Shown one piece after another: positions 28,973-38,409 of a stretch of DNA of 64,000 nt; positions within the stretch are counted from its first letter, which is position 1; each line of letters opens with the position of its first letter. The DNA comes from Candidatus Eiseniibacteriota bacterium (GTDB lineage: Bacteria > Joyebacterota > Joyebacteria > Joyebacterales > Joyebacteraceae). The notes under the pieces were generated by a model. That model searched no databases, was not told the DNA's origin, and worked only from the letters and a program-made list of their open reading frames with translations. The translations under genes and the position numbers were made by a program. Where the stretch lies: NCBI GenBank assembly GCA_043819135.1, contig JBDRFG010000008.1:29004-93003 (forward strand), written 5' to 3'.

Positions 28973-29776
28973 TCACGCCCGCTCGGCCGGTGAGCTGCTC
29001 AGAGCCAGAGCCAGATCGGCCAACGTGATGAGGTCCAGCGCGTTGTGATGGAAGACGGTCAACATATCAGATGCATCTCCCGTGCGCACGAAGCGATGGT
29101 ACGCGGCCGGGATCTCCTCGCCAGGGATGTCGCCCGACCGGCGGCGCCCGCAGACCTTCCATTCGAGGGTCTGAAGGCGGCAGTCGGGGAACACGCCTCG
29201 CCAGCGTCGCCTCGCATGGTGAAGCAGGTCGAGATGCGGCGGCTCGCCGGGCTGCGGGACGCCGTGGAGAACGAGCCGGTCCCGGAGCACGGGCATATCG
29301 AACGACTTGCCGTTGAACGAGACGAGCATGCCGGAACTGTCGAGCATCTCGGCCCACGCACCCAAGAGCTCGCGCTCCTCCCTGTAGTCACGGGCGAAGA
29401 CCTGGCTCAGGCGGACGTCACCGTCCGCGATGCGCATGACCCCCAGCATGAAGACCATGTTCCCACCCAGGCCCGTAGTCTCCGTATCGAAGAAGAGGGC
29501 TCGCTCGGGATTCCCGAGGAGCGCCCGGATCTCCTCGTGGACGCCCTCCCCCTCGGAAGCGTCGCGAGCGCCTCCGGCGAGCCTCGCGAGGAGAGACTCG
29601 AGTTCGTCGGCGGACGTCAGTTCGCCGAGGCTGCGCTCAACGACAAGCACCCCGTCGGTCCTCACCGCTCCAGCCATCTCCTCAAGGCTCGCGGGAACGC
29701 TCTGGCTTCTCTCGCGAGGCCTAACGGGGCGGCGCCGGGCGATGTCGCCCAGCCGCTCTTTGAATTCGTCTCTCAC
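28973..29776 (-). CDS. RNase H-like DEDDh exonuclease, YprB/MrfB family
   Basis: FFDTETTGL, SFNGKSFD, HLDLLH and HNALDL motifs. Confidence 0.88.
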   Translation of the reverse strand: MRDEFKERLGDIARRRPVRPRERSQSVPASLEEMAGAVRTDGVLVVERSLGELTSADELESLLARLAGGARDASEGEGVHEEIRALLGNPERALFFDTETTGLGGNMVFMLGVMRIADGDVRLSQVFARDYREERELLGAWAEMLDSSGMLVSFNGKSFDMPVLRDRLVLHGVPQPGEPPHLDLLHHARRRWRGVFPDCRLQTLEWKVCGRRRSGDIPGEEIPAAYHRFVRTGDASDMLTVFHHNALDLITLADLALALSSSPAERA

Positions 29777-29821
29777 TCTCGATGCGTCTCCATGACGACG
29801 TTGTAATGGTCGACGGGCACG

Positions 29822-30835
29822 TCACCAGGCGGAATGGACTCCCAGACCCGGCTCGTCGGGAAGGAACATCCTGCCCTGCTCTATTCTCACCCCGCTGAAC
29901 GGGTCGTTCTTCATCAGAAGTCCGCTGTCCAGGTCGGCGTAGTCCATGAGCGGAGAGATGTGTGCGGCCGCCGTGATGGCCAGCGAACTCTCCATCATGC
30001 ACCCGATCATCGTTTTGAGACCGAGCTCGCGGGCCGACCGCGCCATCCTGACAGCCTCAACCAGGCCACCGCATTTCATCAGCTTGATGACCACGCCATC
30101 CACGGCCGGCGCCACAGCGTGAAGCTCCTCACTGGTGGGACAGCTCTCGTCCGCGAACACGGCGATGCCGGAACGCTCCTTCACGCGCGCGAGCCCGTCG
30201 ATGTCGTCGGCGGGAACCGGCTGCTCCAGAAACTCCACGCCCATGTGCGCGAGTTCGATCGCCTTCTCGACCGCCTCTTCCGCGGACCAGGCGCAGTTCG
30301 CGTCCACCGTGACGGCGGCCCCCGTCGCCTCCTTGATCCTGCGAACGATCGAGAGGTTGGTGTCAGCATCGAGCTTCACCTTGAGCATCGGGAAGCCACG
30401 GGCCTCGATCGCCTTCTCCAGCATCACGTCCGGATCGTCCAGACCGATGCTCATGATTGTGGCCGGTGCGTCGGCCGGATCCAGTTCGAAGTGCCGATAG
30501 AGGGGCATTCCATACCGCTTCCCCATCATGTCGTGCGCCGCTATCTCGAGCGCCGCGCGAGCCGACGGGTTCCCTTTGAGCCCTCTCGAAGTGAGGTCCG
30601 CCATCAGTTCCGCTTCGTGCGTGCAGTCGTCCACTACACCCCGCATTCTCTCGAGCACTTCGACGACGGTGTCTGCAGTCTCGCCGTAGAAACGCGAAGG
30701 CGCCGCCTCTCCGAGCCCCGTGAGCGTACCGTCGGAGAGCTCCACGATGACGCACCTGCTCGATGCGCTCGTCGTTCTGGCTGTCCGGAAGACGTGTCGC
30801 GGAACGAGTTCAATGATGTCGAAGGAGAGCTTCAT
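29822..30835 (-). CDS. Dipeptide epimerase (L-Ala-D/L-Glu epimerase, enolase superfamily)
   Basis: KVK, VDAN, EQP, DES, KLMKCGG, GCMMES and DLD motifs. Confidence 0.9.
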   Translation of the reverse strand: MKLSFDIIELVPRHVFRTARTTSASSRCVIVELSDGTLTGLGEAAPSRFYGETADTVVEVLERMRGVVDDCTHEAELMADLTSRGLKGNPSARAALEIAAHDMMGKRYGMPLYRHFELDPADAPATIMSIGLDDPDVMLEKAIEARGFPMLKVKLDADTNLSIVRRIKEATGAAVTVDANCAWSAEEAVEKAIELAHMGVEFLEQPVPADDIDGLARVKERSGIAVFADESCPTSEELHAVAPAVDGVVIKLMKCGGLVEAVRMARSARELGLKTMIGCMMESSLAITAAAHISPLMDYADLDSGLLMKNDPFSGVRIEQGRMFLPDEPGLGVHSAW

Positions 30836-30875
30836 CGGAGACTCCAGTGAAGTGTACACCTCTGACGGGAGACGC

Positions 30876-31562
30876 CTAGCGCAGGAAGGGGTTGCGCGTT
30901 CGTTCTTCGCCGATCGTCGTCGCGGGTCCGTGACCGGAGAGCACTACGGTTTCATCTGGAAGCGAGAGCAGCTTCTCCCCTAGCGACCGAAGAAGGACGT
31001 CATATGCGACCGCACCCTCGTTGCAGCTGTCCGGAAGATCACTCCTGCCTATCGATCCCGCGAAGAGCGTATCGCCCGTGAAGACGAATCCGTCGCCCAC
31101 GAACACGACTCCCCCGCTGGAGTGACCGGGCGTGTGCCCGACGGTCAGAGAGATGTTGCCGAACGAAACGACGTCGTCGTCCTTGAGAAGCCCGTCGGGA
31201 GGCGACACGTGTATGTCCATTCCGAACATCCTGGACGCGTTGCGGACAGGGTCGGTCAGCTTGAGTGCGTCGAGCTGGTGGATGAGGACCTCCCCTCCCA
31301 CGGCGACCTTAAGGTAGTCGTTGCCGGACATGTGGTCCGGGTGGCCGTGCGTGTTCAGGATGTACTTGACCCTGACGCCCAGGCGTCTGATCTCGCCAGC
31401 CAGCTCGGACGTGTCTTCCGTGTCCATGGTGCCGGGGTCGATGACGACGCCCTCCATCGTCTCGCGACACGCGACGACGTAGCAGTTCGCGGCCGCGAAG
31501 CCGACGACCGTGCTCTCGACGATGATGTCTGGGTCAATGGCGTGGATGGTCCATCTGAGCAA
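30876..31562 (-). CDS. MBL-fold metallo-hydrolase (glyoxalase II-like)
   Basis: THGHPDH, TPGHS, FTGDTLF..SIGRSD and GHGP. Confidence 0.92.
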   Translation of the reverse strand: MLRWTIHAIDPDIIVESTVVGFAAANCYVVACRETMEGVVIDPGTMDTEDTSELAGEIRRLGVRVKYILNTHGHPDHMSGNDYLKVAVGGEVLIHQLDALKLTDPVRNASRMFGMDIHVSPPDGLLKDDDVVSFGNISLTVGHTPGHSSGGVVFVGDGFVFTGDTLFAGSIGRSDLPDSCNEGAVAYDVLLRSLGEKLLSLPDETVVLSGHGPATTIGEERTRNPFLR

Positions 31563-31602
31563 GGCGCTACCTCCCGCGTCGATGACGGAATCGTAGACCC
31601 GC

Positions 31603-33921
31603 CTACTCCTTCGACAACATCGCCTTGAGGAGCAGTCTTGCCGATTCCTTGTCCGGGATCGGCCAGCTGCCCTGGGCGTCGGGGTCCTGCTGTATGGCCG
31701 GACGCAGGATGGGTAGACCTACGCAGGATGGGCAGCCGTCCTCGCAGTCGCACTCGTCGACCAGCTCGAGGCAGCCCTTCAGTAGTTCGTCGATCACGCG
31801 ATAGCCGGTCTCCGCGAACCCGAGACCTCCATCGTAGCGATCGTAGAGGAACATCGTGGGGCTGCCCGTGTTGCTGCTGTCTACTATACCGCCAATGTCG
31901 CGTCGGTCACACATTGAAAAGAGGGGCAGCACCGATATCGCCATGTTGCGTATCCCGACCAAGCCCTCGACCGGGTTCCGACCCATCGCGCGGAGTTCGT
32001 TCATCACCGCCCTATCCGGGATGAGCCACATGGCCGCCGTATCGAGATGCAGCGAGGGAAGGTCCAGGTTGCACCACCCGATGGAGTCGAGCTGATAGAA
32101 CTTGATCTTCTTGAAGGCCGACGTCAGCCACGTGACCGTGGCGTCACCGAAGAACACGCGACTGCCGCGCCGGACCTTGTCGGTCTTTTCCTTCTGAATG
32201 CGAATGGACGACTCGAGCACCGGCTGCGTGTAGTAGTCGACCTCCTGCTTCTCGACGTATGCGATCTTCTGCTCGAGGTCGAGGTCGCGCACGAAGTACG
32301 TCTCGCCCTCGTGCAGGTAGATGGCCTCAGGGTACACGAGCTCGAGCGCGCTGATACCATCGACCACGCCGATGACGGAGTTGTCGTTCTTGACGTCAAC
32401 GATCGCGAACGTGTTGTCGGACATGGTCCTCAGGCTCACTTCGCGCGCCGGGAAGTCCGTCGTCGACCAGTAGTGGCGGCCGTCCAGCTCCTTGAGCTGC
32501 TCGAACTCCTCAAGCAGCTGGACGATTGGTTCCGTCATCTCACCAAAGCGCTCGCCGTCAGCGTCGGTCAGCGGAAGCTCGAACGCGGCGCACTTCAAGT
32601 GCTTCGACAGGATGTACTTGTTCTCGGGGTCGATGATGGCATTTTCCGGTGACTGCCGGAAGAAGTACTCGCCGTGCCGCATGAGATACTGATCGATGGG
32701 ATCGTTGTAGCCGACCAGGACGGCGAGCGACTCGTCCGACGCTCTTCCCGCGCGTCCCGCCTGCTGCCAGGTGCTTGCGATGGTCCCGGGGAAACCGACG
32801 ATTATCGCGGCGTCGAGACTACCTACATCTATCCCCAGCTCGAGCGCGTTCGTGCTCGCGACGCCCATCAGTTCGCCCGAGAATAGCTGGCGCTCGATGT
32901 CGCGCCGTTCCTCGGGCAGATAGCCACCCCTGTAAGGACGTATCTTACTGGCGTATTCCGGTTTGATGTGCTGGAGCGTCTCTTTCGCGTACTTGTAGAT
33001 GAGCTCGGCGACCACGCGTGCCCGGCCGAACGCTATGGTCTGGAAGCCCTCGGCGATGAGCTTCGCCATCAGCCAGTGGCCCTCGACGTTCGAACTCCTG
33101 CGCTCCATCTGCGTGGGATCCAGGAACGGGGGGTTCCAGAGCACGAAGTGCTTCTTTCCCCTGGGACTGCCGTCGTTGTCAACGACCGTGACCTCGTGGC
33201 CCGTCAGCTTCTGCGCGAGGTCCTTCGGGTTCGCGATCGTGGCGCTCGAACAGATGAACTGCGGACTGCTACCGTAGTGCTCGCAGATACGCGCCATACG
33301 CCGCATCACGTTCGCGACGTTCGACCCGAAGATGCCCCGGTAGGTGTGGATCTCGTCGATGACAACGTACTTAAGATCCTTGAAGAAACGGTTCCACTTC
33401 GGGTGGTACGGCAGGATGCCCGCGTGGAGCATGTCGGGGTTCGAGAGAATGATGTTGCCCTCGTCGCGGAGCTTCCGGCGTGTGTGACGCGTGGTGTCAC
33501 CGTCGTAGGTGCCAGCGCGCACCAGCTCGGTGAGGCGCTCATCGAGCGCCGAAAGCCGCACGAGCCCCTTGAGCTGGTCCTGGGCCAGAGCCTTGGTCGG
33601 GAAGAGATAGAGCGCCTTCGCGGTGGGATCCTCAAGCAGCTTCTCGATGACGGGAATGTTGTAGCAGAGCGTCTTGCCGGAGGCCGTGCCGGACACGACG
33701 ACGACGTTCCCGCCGTTACGCACCGCGTCGATGGCCTCGACCTGGTGCGAGTACAGCTTCTCGACGCCCGCGGCCCCGAGTGCTGCGCTCAGAACGGCGG
33801 GCACAGGACGGGACAGCTCGCCGTAAGACGCCTCCCTCGCGGGAAGCACCTCGATGTGCCTGATCTGTCCCTTGTACTCACGCTCGTGCTGGATCTTCTC
33901 GAGGAAGTCTGTGATGGTCAT
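31603..33921 (-). CDS. DEAD/DEAH-box helicase with DUF1998 Zn domain (MrfA/YprA/Hrq1 family)
   Basis: TASGKT, PTKALAQDQ, DEIH, SAT, QQAGRAGR and C-terminal CDCEDGCPSC. Confidence 0.93.
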   Translation of the reverse strand: MTITDFLEKIQHEREYKGQIRHIEVLPAREASYGELSRPVPAVLSAALGAAGVEKLYSHQVEAIDAVRNGGNVVVVSGTASGKTLCYNIPVIEKLLEDPTAKALYLFPTKALAQDQLKGLVRLSALDERLTELVRAGTYDGDTTRHTRRKLRDEGNIILSNPDMLHAGILPYHPKWNRFFKDLKYVVIDEIHTYRGIFGSNVANVMRRMARICEHYGSSPQFICSSATIANPKDLAQKLTGHEVTVVDNDGSPRGKKHFVLWNPPFLDPTQMERRSSNVEGHWLMAKLIAEGFQTIAFGRARVVAELIYKYAKETLQHIKPEYASKIRPYRGGYLPEERRDIERQLFSGELMGVASTNALELGIDVGSLDAAIIVGFPGTIASTWQQAGRAGRASDESLAVLVGYNDPIDQYLMRHGEYFFRQSPENAIIDPENKYILSKHLKCAAFELPLTDADGERFGEMTEPIVQLLEEFEQLKELDGRHYWSTTDFPAREVSLRTMSDNTFAIVDVKNDNSVIGVVDGISALELVYPEAIYLHEGETYFVRDLDLEQKIAYVEKQEVDYYTQPVLESSIRIQKEKTDKVRRGSRVFFGDATVTWLTSAFKKIKFYQLDSIGWCNLDLPSLHLDTAAMWLIPDRAVMNELRAMGRNPVEGLVGIRNMAISVLPLFSMCDRRDIGGIVDSSNTGSPTMFLYDRYDGGLGFAETGYRVIDELLKGCLELVDECDCEDGCPSCVGLPILRPAIQQDPDAQGSWPIPDKESARLLLKAMLSKE

Positions 33922-34002
33922 GCGGGAGGATGCTCCTGGTGTCTGCTCGTGGTGGACCGCGTGATCGCCGCGCGGCCGATGTCGCATCGGTTGCCGGGTC
34001 GG

Positions 34003-34398
34003 TTACTCGTCTTCGCTCTTCAGTTCGAGCCAGAGCTCGAGACCAAGCTCCCGAATGCTCTCCAGCCCTCGCCGTGCGGCCGCGCCGATGTCGGTTGCCA
34101 GCATCGCACCGAGGACCTCGCAGCTTTCCATCTCGTCGCATTCGGCGCATGTGGCGAAACCGCGCTTCGTGGCGCACGGACGAATCCGACACCCCGCGCA
34201 GAACGAGATCTCATTCGGACCGCGGCAGCCCCCGCACATTATCTGCTCGGATCCCACCTTGGCGCCGAACTGCAGGGAGATGAACTCGGCGATCTCTTCT
34301 TGCTTGTCCAGGTCGCCTTCGCTGAAGGCGACGTATACCTCACACTCGCCGCAGTAGAGGCCACAGATACCGACCAGCGTGAGATCGACCGTGCTCAT
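34003..34398 (-). CDS. DUF3795 Cys-rich protein
   Basis: CGLYCGEC, CGGC, C.IRPC and CAEC. Confidence 0.85.
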   Translation of the reverse strand: MSTVDLTLVGICGLYCGECEVYVAFSEGDLDKQEEIAEFISLQFGAKVGSEQIMCGGCRGPNEISFCAGCRIRPCATKRGFATCAECDEMESCEVLGAMLATDIGAAARRGLESIRELGLELWLELKSEDE

Positions 34399-34435
34399 AA
34401 TATCTCCGGCCACTCCCGAGGAAATCCCGGCCGGC

Positions 34436-34840
34436 TCAGGACGCGTGCTCCTCCGCTTCCGCCTCCGCCACCCACGCATCGAGGCCGATCTCGAGGATTC
34501 GTTCCAGCGTCTTCCGCGCGGCCCCGTAGTCGCCGCCCTTGTAGAACGCCTCGAGCATCTCGCAACCGTCGTAGCTCTCGCACTCCACGCAGAGTGTAAC
34601 ACCACGTTCCCGAGCGCACAGAAGGACCTTGCAGTCGCTGCTCCAGTGCTCATCGAACGGGCCCCAGCATCCGCAGCAGTGAATCTTATCGGGCTCGCAG
34701 GCGGCGTCGCAGTTCTCGATGATCCAGTTGGCGATGTGCTCCTGCGCCTTACGGTCGCGGGTCTCGCCCGCCACGTGGATGTCGCAGTTCTTGCAGTAGA
34801 TACCGCAGGCGCCAAGATACTCCAGGTCGATCTTGCCCAT
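34436..34840 (-). CDS. DUF3795 Cys-rich protein
   Basis: CGIYCKNC, CCGC, CKVLLC and CVEC. Confidence 0.85.
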   Translation of the reverse strand: MGKIDLEYLGACGIYCKNCDIHVAGETRDRKAQEHIANWIIENCDAACEPDKIHCCGCWGPFDEHWSSDCKVLLCARERGVTLCVECESYDGCEMLEAFYKGGDYGAARKTLERILEIGLDAWVAEAEAEEHAS

Positions 34841-34865
34841 CGCCCGATCTCCGGTTCGTGGTGCG

Positions 34866-35864
34866 CTAGCTCAGTTCCTCGCCCAGCATCTCCATCATCA
34901 GTTCCGCGTTGCGCGCCGCGTGCCCCGCGTGGCAGTTGTTGAAGAACGCGTAGACCTTCTTCACCTTGCTCTCGAGGCTCAGCATCTTATCGGCCCACTC
35001 GGTCAGTTCCGCTCTATTGTAATCATAGTCGTAGCGGTCGCCGCCACCCTTTCCCCACCAGTTCTGCTCATTCCTGCCGTGGAGCCTCACGTAGCCCTCG
35101 TCGGTCGTGGCAGCTACCACCGGGGGCACGAGGCCCTTGAGCCTTGGTTCATCTACGGAGCAGTAGCCCACCCGCAGGTCGCGCAGGAGTTCGAACGTCT
35201 TGTCCTCTATCCACGAGTCATGCCGAAACTCGATGAAGAGCGGGTCCTCGCCCAGTCTTTTCCGCAACGTAACAAGGTGCGCCTTCGCCGGCTTGCTGTT
35301 CTTGAACTTCCAGGGGAACTGGGCGAGGTAGCCCGCGAACTTGTCTGCCTCCTTGAGGGGCGCAACAGAATCGACGAACTCACGGTACATGTGAGAGTCG
35401 TCCTCTATCTCGTGGGTCATGCCTCCGAACAACTTGACGACGAACTCGAATCCCGCCGGGGTCTTCTGTTCCATGCGCTCAAACATCGACGCCGTGGGAA
35501 TGCGGTAGTAGCTGGAGTTGATCTCGACGACGTCGAAGTGCCTGACGTACTCGTCCAGCATCCTGCCTCGCGGAGTCCCCGCCGGATAGAACGGGCCGAC
35601 CCAGTCGGCGAAGCTGTAGCCGGACGTGCCTATTCTGATGCGCCCATCGCGCCCGAGTGGCTTGAGATGCGGCGGCCCAGGCCTGCTGTCGTAGGCGCCC
35701 GACTCGTCCGCCGGCGAGCCCGTTCCGGGCGACGCCGCACCGAACAGGTCGCCCTGGTCGTCTTTGTCGCGGTTGATCACGCTTGCCTCGCTGATGTCCG
35801 GTGCTTCGGCGCGCGGAAGCCCCCTTGGGGCATCACTTCCCGCCGGACCGCACGCGGTCGTCAC
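34866..35864 (-). CDS. DUF72 domain protein (start uncertain, possibly GTG 35780)
   Basis: IRIGTSG, VEINSSYY, QFP, EFRH..W, YVRLHGRN and FFNN. Confidence 0.88.
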   Translation of the reverse strand: MTTACGPAGSDAPRGLPRAEAPDISEASVINRDKDDQGDLFGAASPGTGSPADESGAYDSRPGPPHLKPLGRDGRIRIGTSGYSFADWVGPFYPAGTPRGRMLDEYVRHFDVVEINSSYYRIPTASMFERMEQKTPAGFEFVVKLFGGMTHEIEDDSHMYREFVDSVAPLKEADKFAGYLAQFPWKFKNSKPAKAHLVTLRKRLGEDPLFIEFRHDSWIEDKTFELLRDLRVGYCSVDEPRLKGLVPPVVAATTDEGYVRLHGRNEQNWWGKGGGDRYDYDYNRAELTEWADKMLSLESKVKKVYAFFNNCHAGHAARNAELMMEMLGEELS

Positions 35865-37281
35865 TGTCCTGCCGCCTCAGCATGTCGAACGGACTCGTGG
35901 AGATGCTCGAGTTCAGGGGCGTGTTGTCGATGTTCGCGCTGGCGTCGTGCCAGCGCGACATCGGAGACCACCCCATGCCCACGGTCGGGTCCGCGCCCAC
36001 GCTCATCCTCTGGAACCGCGGCTCGGCGACGCGGCGGGGGGCGCCCCACATGCGCTCATCCTGCGAGACGAGACGCGCTCTCGTTATTGCCTGCTCACCG
36101 TACTTGTCTCGGATCTTGTCGACCGCGGTCAGGAGTTTCCGGTGCGTGTCCTCCTCTTTCTGTCTGAAGAGGTCTATCTGCAGGACGTCCGGGATCTTCA
36201 CCAGCCCGGAGCAGTGGACGCCGACCAGCCTTATCGAATGTCCCGGCCTCCAATGGTGATGCATCAGGTCGCGCGCAACACGATAGATGACACGCTCTTC
36301 GTCGGTATAGAACTCTATCTTCTTCTGCCTGCCTACCGACTCGAAGTCCGAAAAACGGAGCCGCATTGAGATGACGTTGCCCAGGTAGCTCTTCTTTCTC
36401 ATTCTTCGGGCGACCTGGTCGGTCAGCCTCAGAAGCACCTTCTCGGCCTCGGCGATGTCCCGGGTATCCGCGGGAAGGGTGTGCTCGTGGCCCATCGATT
36501 TGACGGGCATACCCTCGAAGTAAGGAGTGACCGGCGTGTCGTCTCGCCCCGCCGCCATCATGTGGAGGATCTCTCCCATGATGCCAAAGCGGCGACGCAG
36601 CATGGCGACCGGGAACTCCGCGAGCTCGTGTATCCTGAGCACGCCCATCAGGCTCAGAGCTACCGCCGTTTTGCTTCCGACGCCCCAGATCTCGTTGACC
36701 GGAAGCTCGCCGAAGACCTTCGTGAATTCACCGGGACGCACGATAGAGACACCGTCCGGTTTCTGGAACCCCGAGCACATCTTGGCGATCAGTTTGTTCG
36801 GGCCGATGCCTATCGACGCGGTCAGATCGGGAAAACGCTCCTGCATGCGCGCCTTGATCTGCCGGGCGGCCTCCTCGCAGTTGTCCCACGTCCACTCGGT
36901 GCCCGTCATCTCAATGAACGCCTCGTCGATGCTGTAGGGCTCGACGATGGTCGAGAACTCCTTGTAGATACGAAGGAGTTCAAGCGACACGTAGATGTAC
37001 TGGCCGGGATTTCCCTCGACAGGAACCGCGTGCGGACACAGGTTGAAGGCCTCCACCGTGGACATACCCGACCGGATGCCGTACTTGCGCGCCGGATAGG
37101 ACGCCGCCGCCACGACGCTGCGTGTGGTCGGTTTCCCGCAGACGATGATGGGCAGGCCGCGGAGCTTCGGCCGGCACATGACCTCGACCGACGCGAAGAA
37201 CGCGTCCATGTCGACGTGGAAGACGAGCCGCTCAAGCGGTGTGTTCCCTACGCCGGCCCGTCTGGTGCGTCTGTCGAGCAT
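35833..37281 (-). CDS. dinB: Y-family DNA polymerase IV
   Basis: HVDMDAFFASVE, ASYPAR, YSIDEAF, GIGPNKLIAK and clamp motif QIDLF. Confidence 0.93.
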   Translation of the reverse strand: MLDRRTRRAGVGNTPLERLVFHVDMDAFFASVEVMCRPKLRGLPIIVCGKPTTRSVVAAASYPARKYGIRSGMSTVEAFNLCPHAVPVEGNPGQYIYVSLELLRIYKEFSTIVEPYSIDEAFIEMTGTEWTWDNCEEAARQIKARMQERFPDLTASIGIGPNKLIAKMCSGFQKPDGVSIVRPGEFTKVFGELPVNEIWGVGSKTAVALSLMGVLRIHELAEFPVAMLRRRFGIMGEILHMMAAGRDDTPVTPYFEGMPVKSMGHEHTLPADTRDIAEAEKVLLRLTDQVARRMRKKSYLGNVISMRLRFSDFESVGRQKKIEFYTDEERVIYRVARDLMHHHWRPGHSIRLVGVHCSGLVKIPDVLQIDLFRQKEEDTHRKLLTAVDKIRDKYGEQAITRARLVSQDERMWGAPRRVAEPRFQRMSVGADPTVGMGWSPMSRWHDASANIDNTPLNSSISTSPFDMLRRQDSDDRVRSGGK

Positions 37282-37320
37282 CCGCCCCTCCCGTTCCCAC
37301 GGTTTCTTCGTGCGACCGCG

Positions 37321-38409
37321 CTAGATCGCGCGCGCCCAGAATCCGCTCCCGAAGAGCGGCTCGTTGACCTCGAGTCGCATCAGTATCTCGTTCTCACCGG
37401 ACCCCAGCGGAAGCTCGACCTCGAACTGATCCGGCATGAGCCTCCCCCACCCGTCGGCGTCGCTCCTGCCCGGGTCGTACCACCCCCTGGGCTTCCCTGC
37501 GAACACACTTGTCCCGTTCAGCCACATCGAGAGCTGATCGGTGTAGGTCAGGCAGAGCCGGCGCGCGGCTTCTGTGGCTGACCCAAGCGTCGCCTTGGCG
37601 AACACGACACCCTTCCGGCAGTACTCGCCCGGGTCGACGGCCACCACGTTGACCACTCCCCTTCGATCCGTCGCAACGTCGCGCCAGCCCGCGTCGCCGG
37701 TGCGAACAGCAGCGACGGGATCGTCCAGACCAAAGCCCTGGGGAAGCATGCGGCTGATGGACCAGTCCCGGATGACTCCCGGGCCTGCCACGCTCCCCCA
37801 TGTATCGTCGAGAATGGGCTCGACGTTGCTCAGAGCGGTCACACGTAGGTTCCGAAAATAGGCGGACGCGTAGTAGCGCCATAAGCGCACGCCGCCCGAA
37901 GCGAACGGCAGGTCGTAGACGGTGAAAACAGGAGCGGGATCATCACCCACCCAGAGGTTGGCGACTGTCTCTCCGGCGTCCAGGCGCAATCTGAGCCACT
38001 CGCCCCGGACGGACGGCGCCGTGCGCTGGGACAGCGGCCCGAGCTTCCACGAGGTGTTGCCGTCGTCGTATCTGCCGCAGCCCTCGAACAGTCTTTCGCC
38101 ACCCTCAGGTGATGCCGGGAAGTGGAGGTTGCAGCACCCGGACTCGTCGCTCTGCACATGGAAGTCGAAACCGAGGAACCCGGACTCGTCGCCCACGGGC
38201 AGCACTTCCACTTCGAGCCGGTAGTTCCGCCACGTGTCGTCGCCGGCCCATCCGAGCCAGTGCCCGGCGTTCGGGTCGCCAGCCTTCAGGTGGAGCACAC
38301 CACCGTGCTCCGGGTCCTCTATAAGACTGATGGGTGGGATCGGCCACCGGTCGGTGGAGCCGCCGTCGAATCTGTCTTCGAAAAGAACTTCTCCCTCGCG
38401 GTGCGTCAC
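37321..38409 (-). CDS. Hypothetical protein with ConA/DUF1080-like beta-sandwich and galactose-binding-like domain
   Basis: W.NYRLEVEV, GEW..L.L, GGV.L and FRNLRV patterns; C-terminal L..GENEIL; GTGA overlap with fpg. Confidence 0.6.
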   Translation of the reverse strand: MTHREGEVLFEDRFDGGSTDRWPIPPISLIEDPEHGGVLHLKAGDPNAGHWLGWAGDDTWRNYRLEVEVLPVGDESGFLGFDFHVQSDESGCCNLHFPASPEGGERLFEGCGRYDDGNTSWKLGPLSQRTAPSVRGEWLRLRLDAGETVANLWVGDDPAPVFTVYDLPFASGGVRLWRYYASAYFRNLRVTALSNVEPILDDTWGSVAGPGVIRDWSISRMLPQGFGLDDPVAAVRTGDAGWRDVATDRRGVVNVVAVDPGEYCRKGVVFAKATLGSATEAARRLCLTYTDQLSMWLNGTSVFAGKPRGWYDPGRSDADGWGRLMPDQFEVELPLGSGENEILMRLEVNEPLFGSGFWARAI

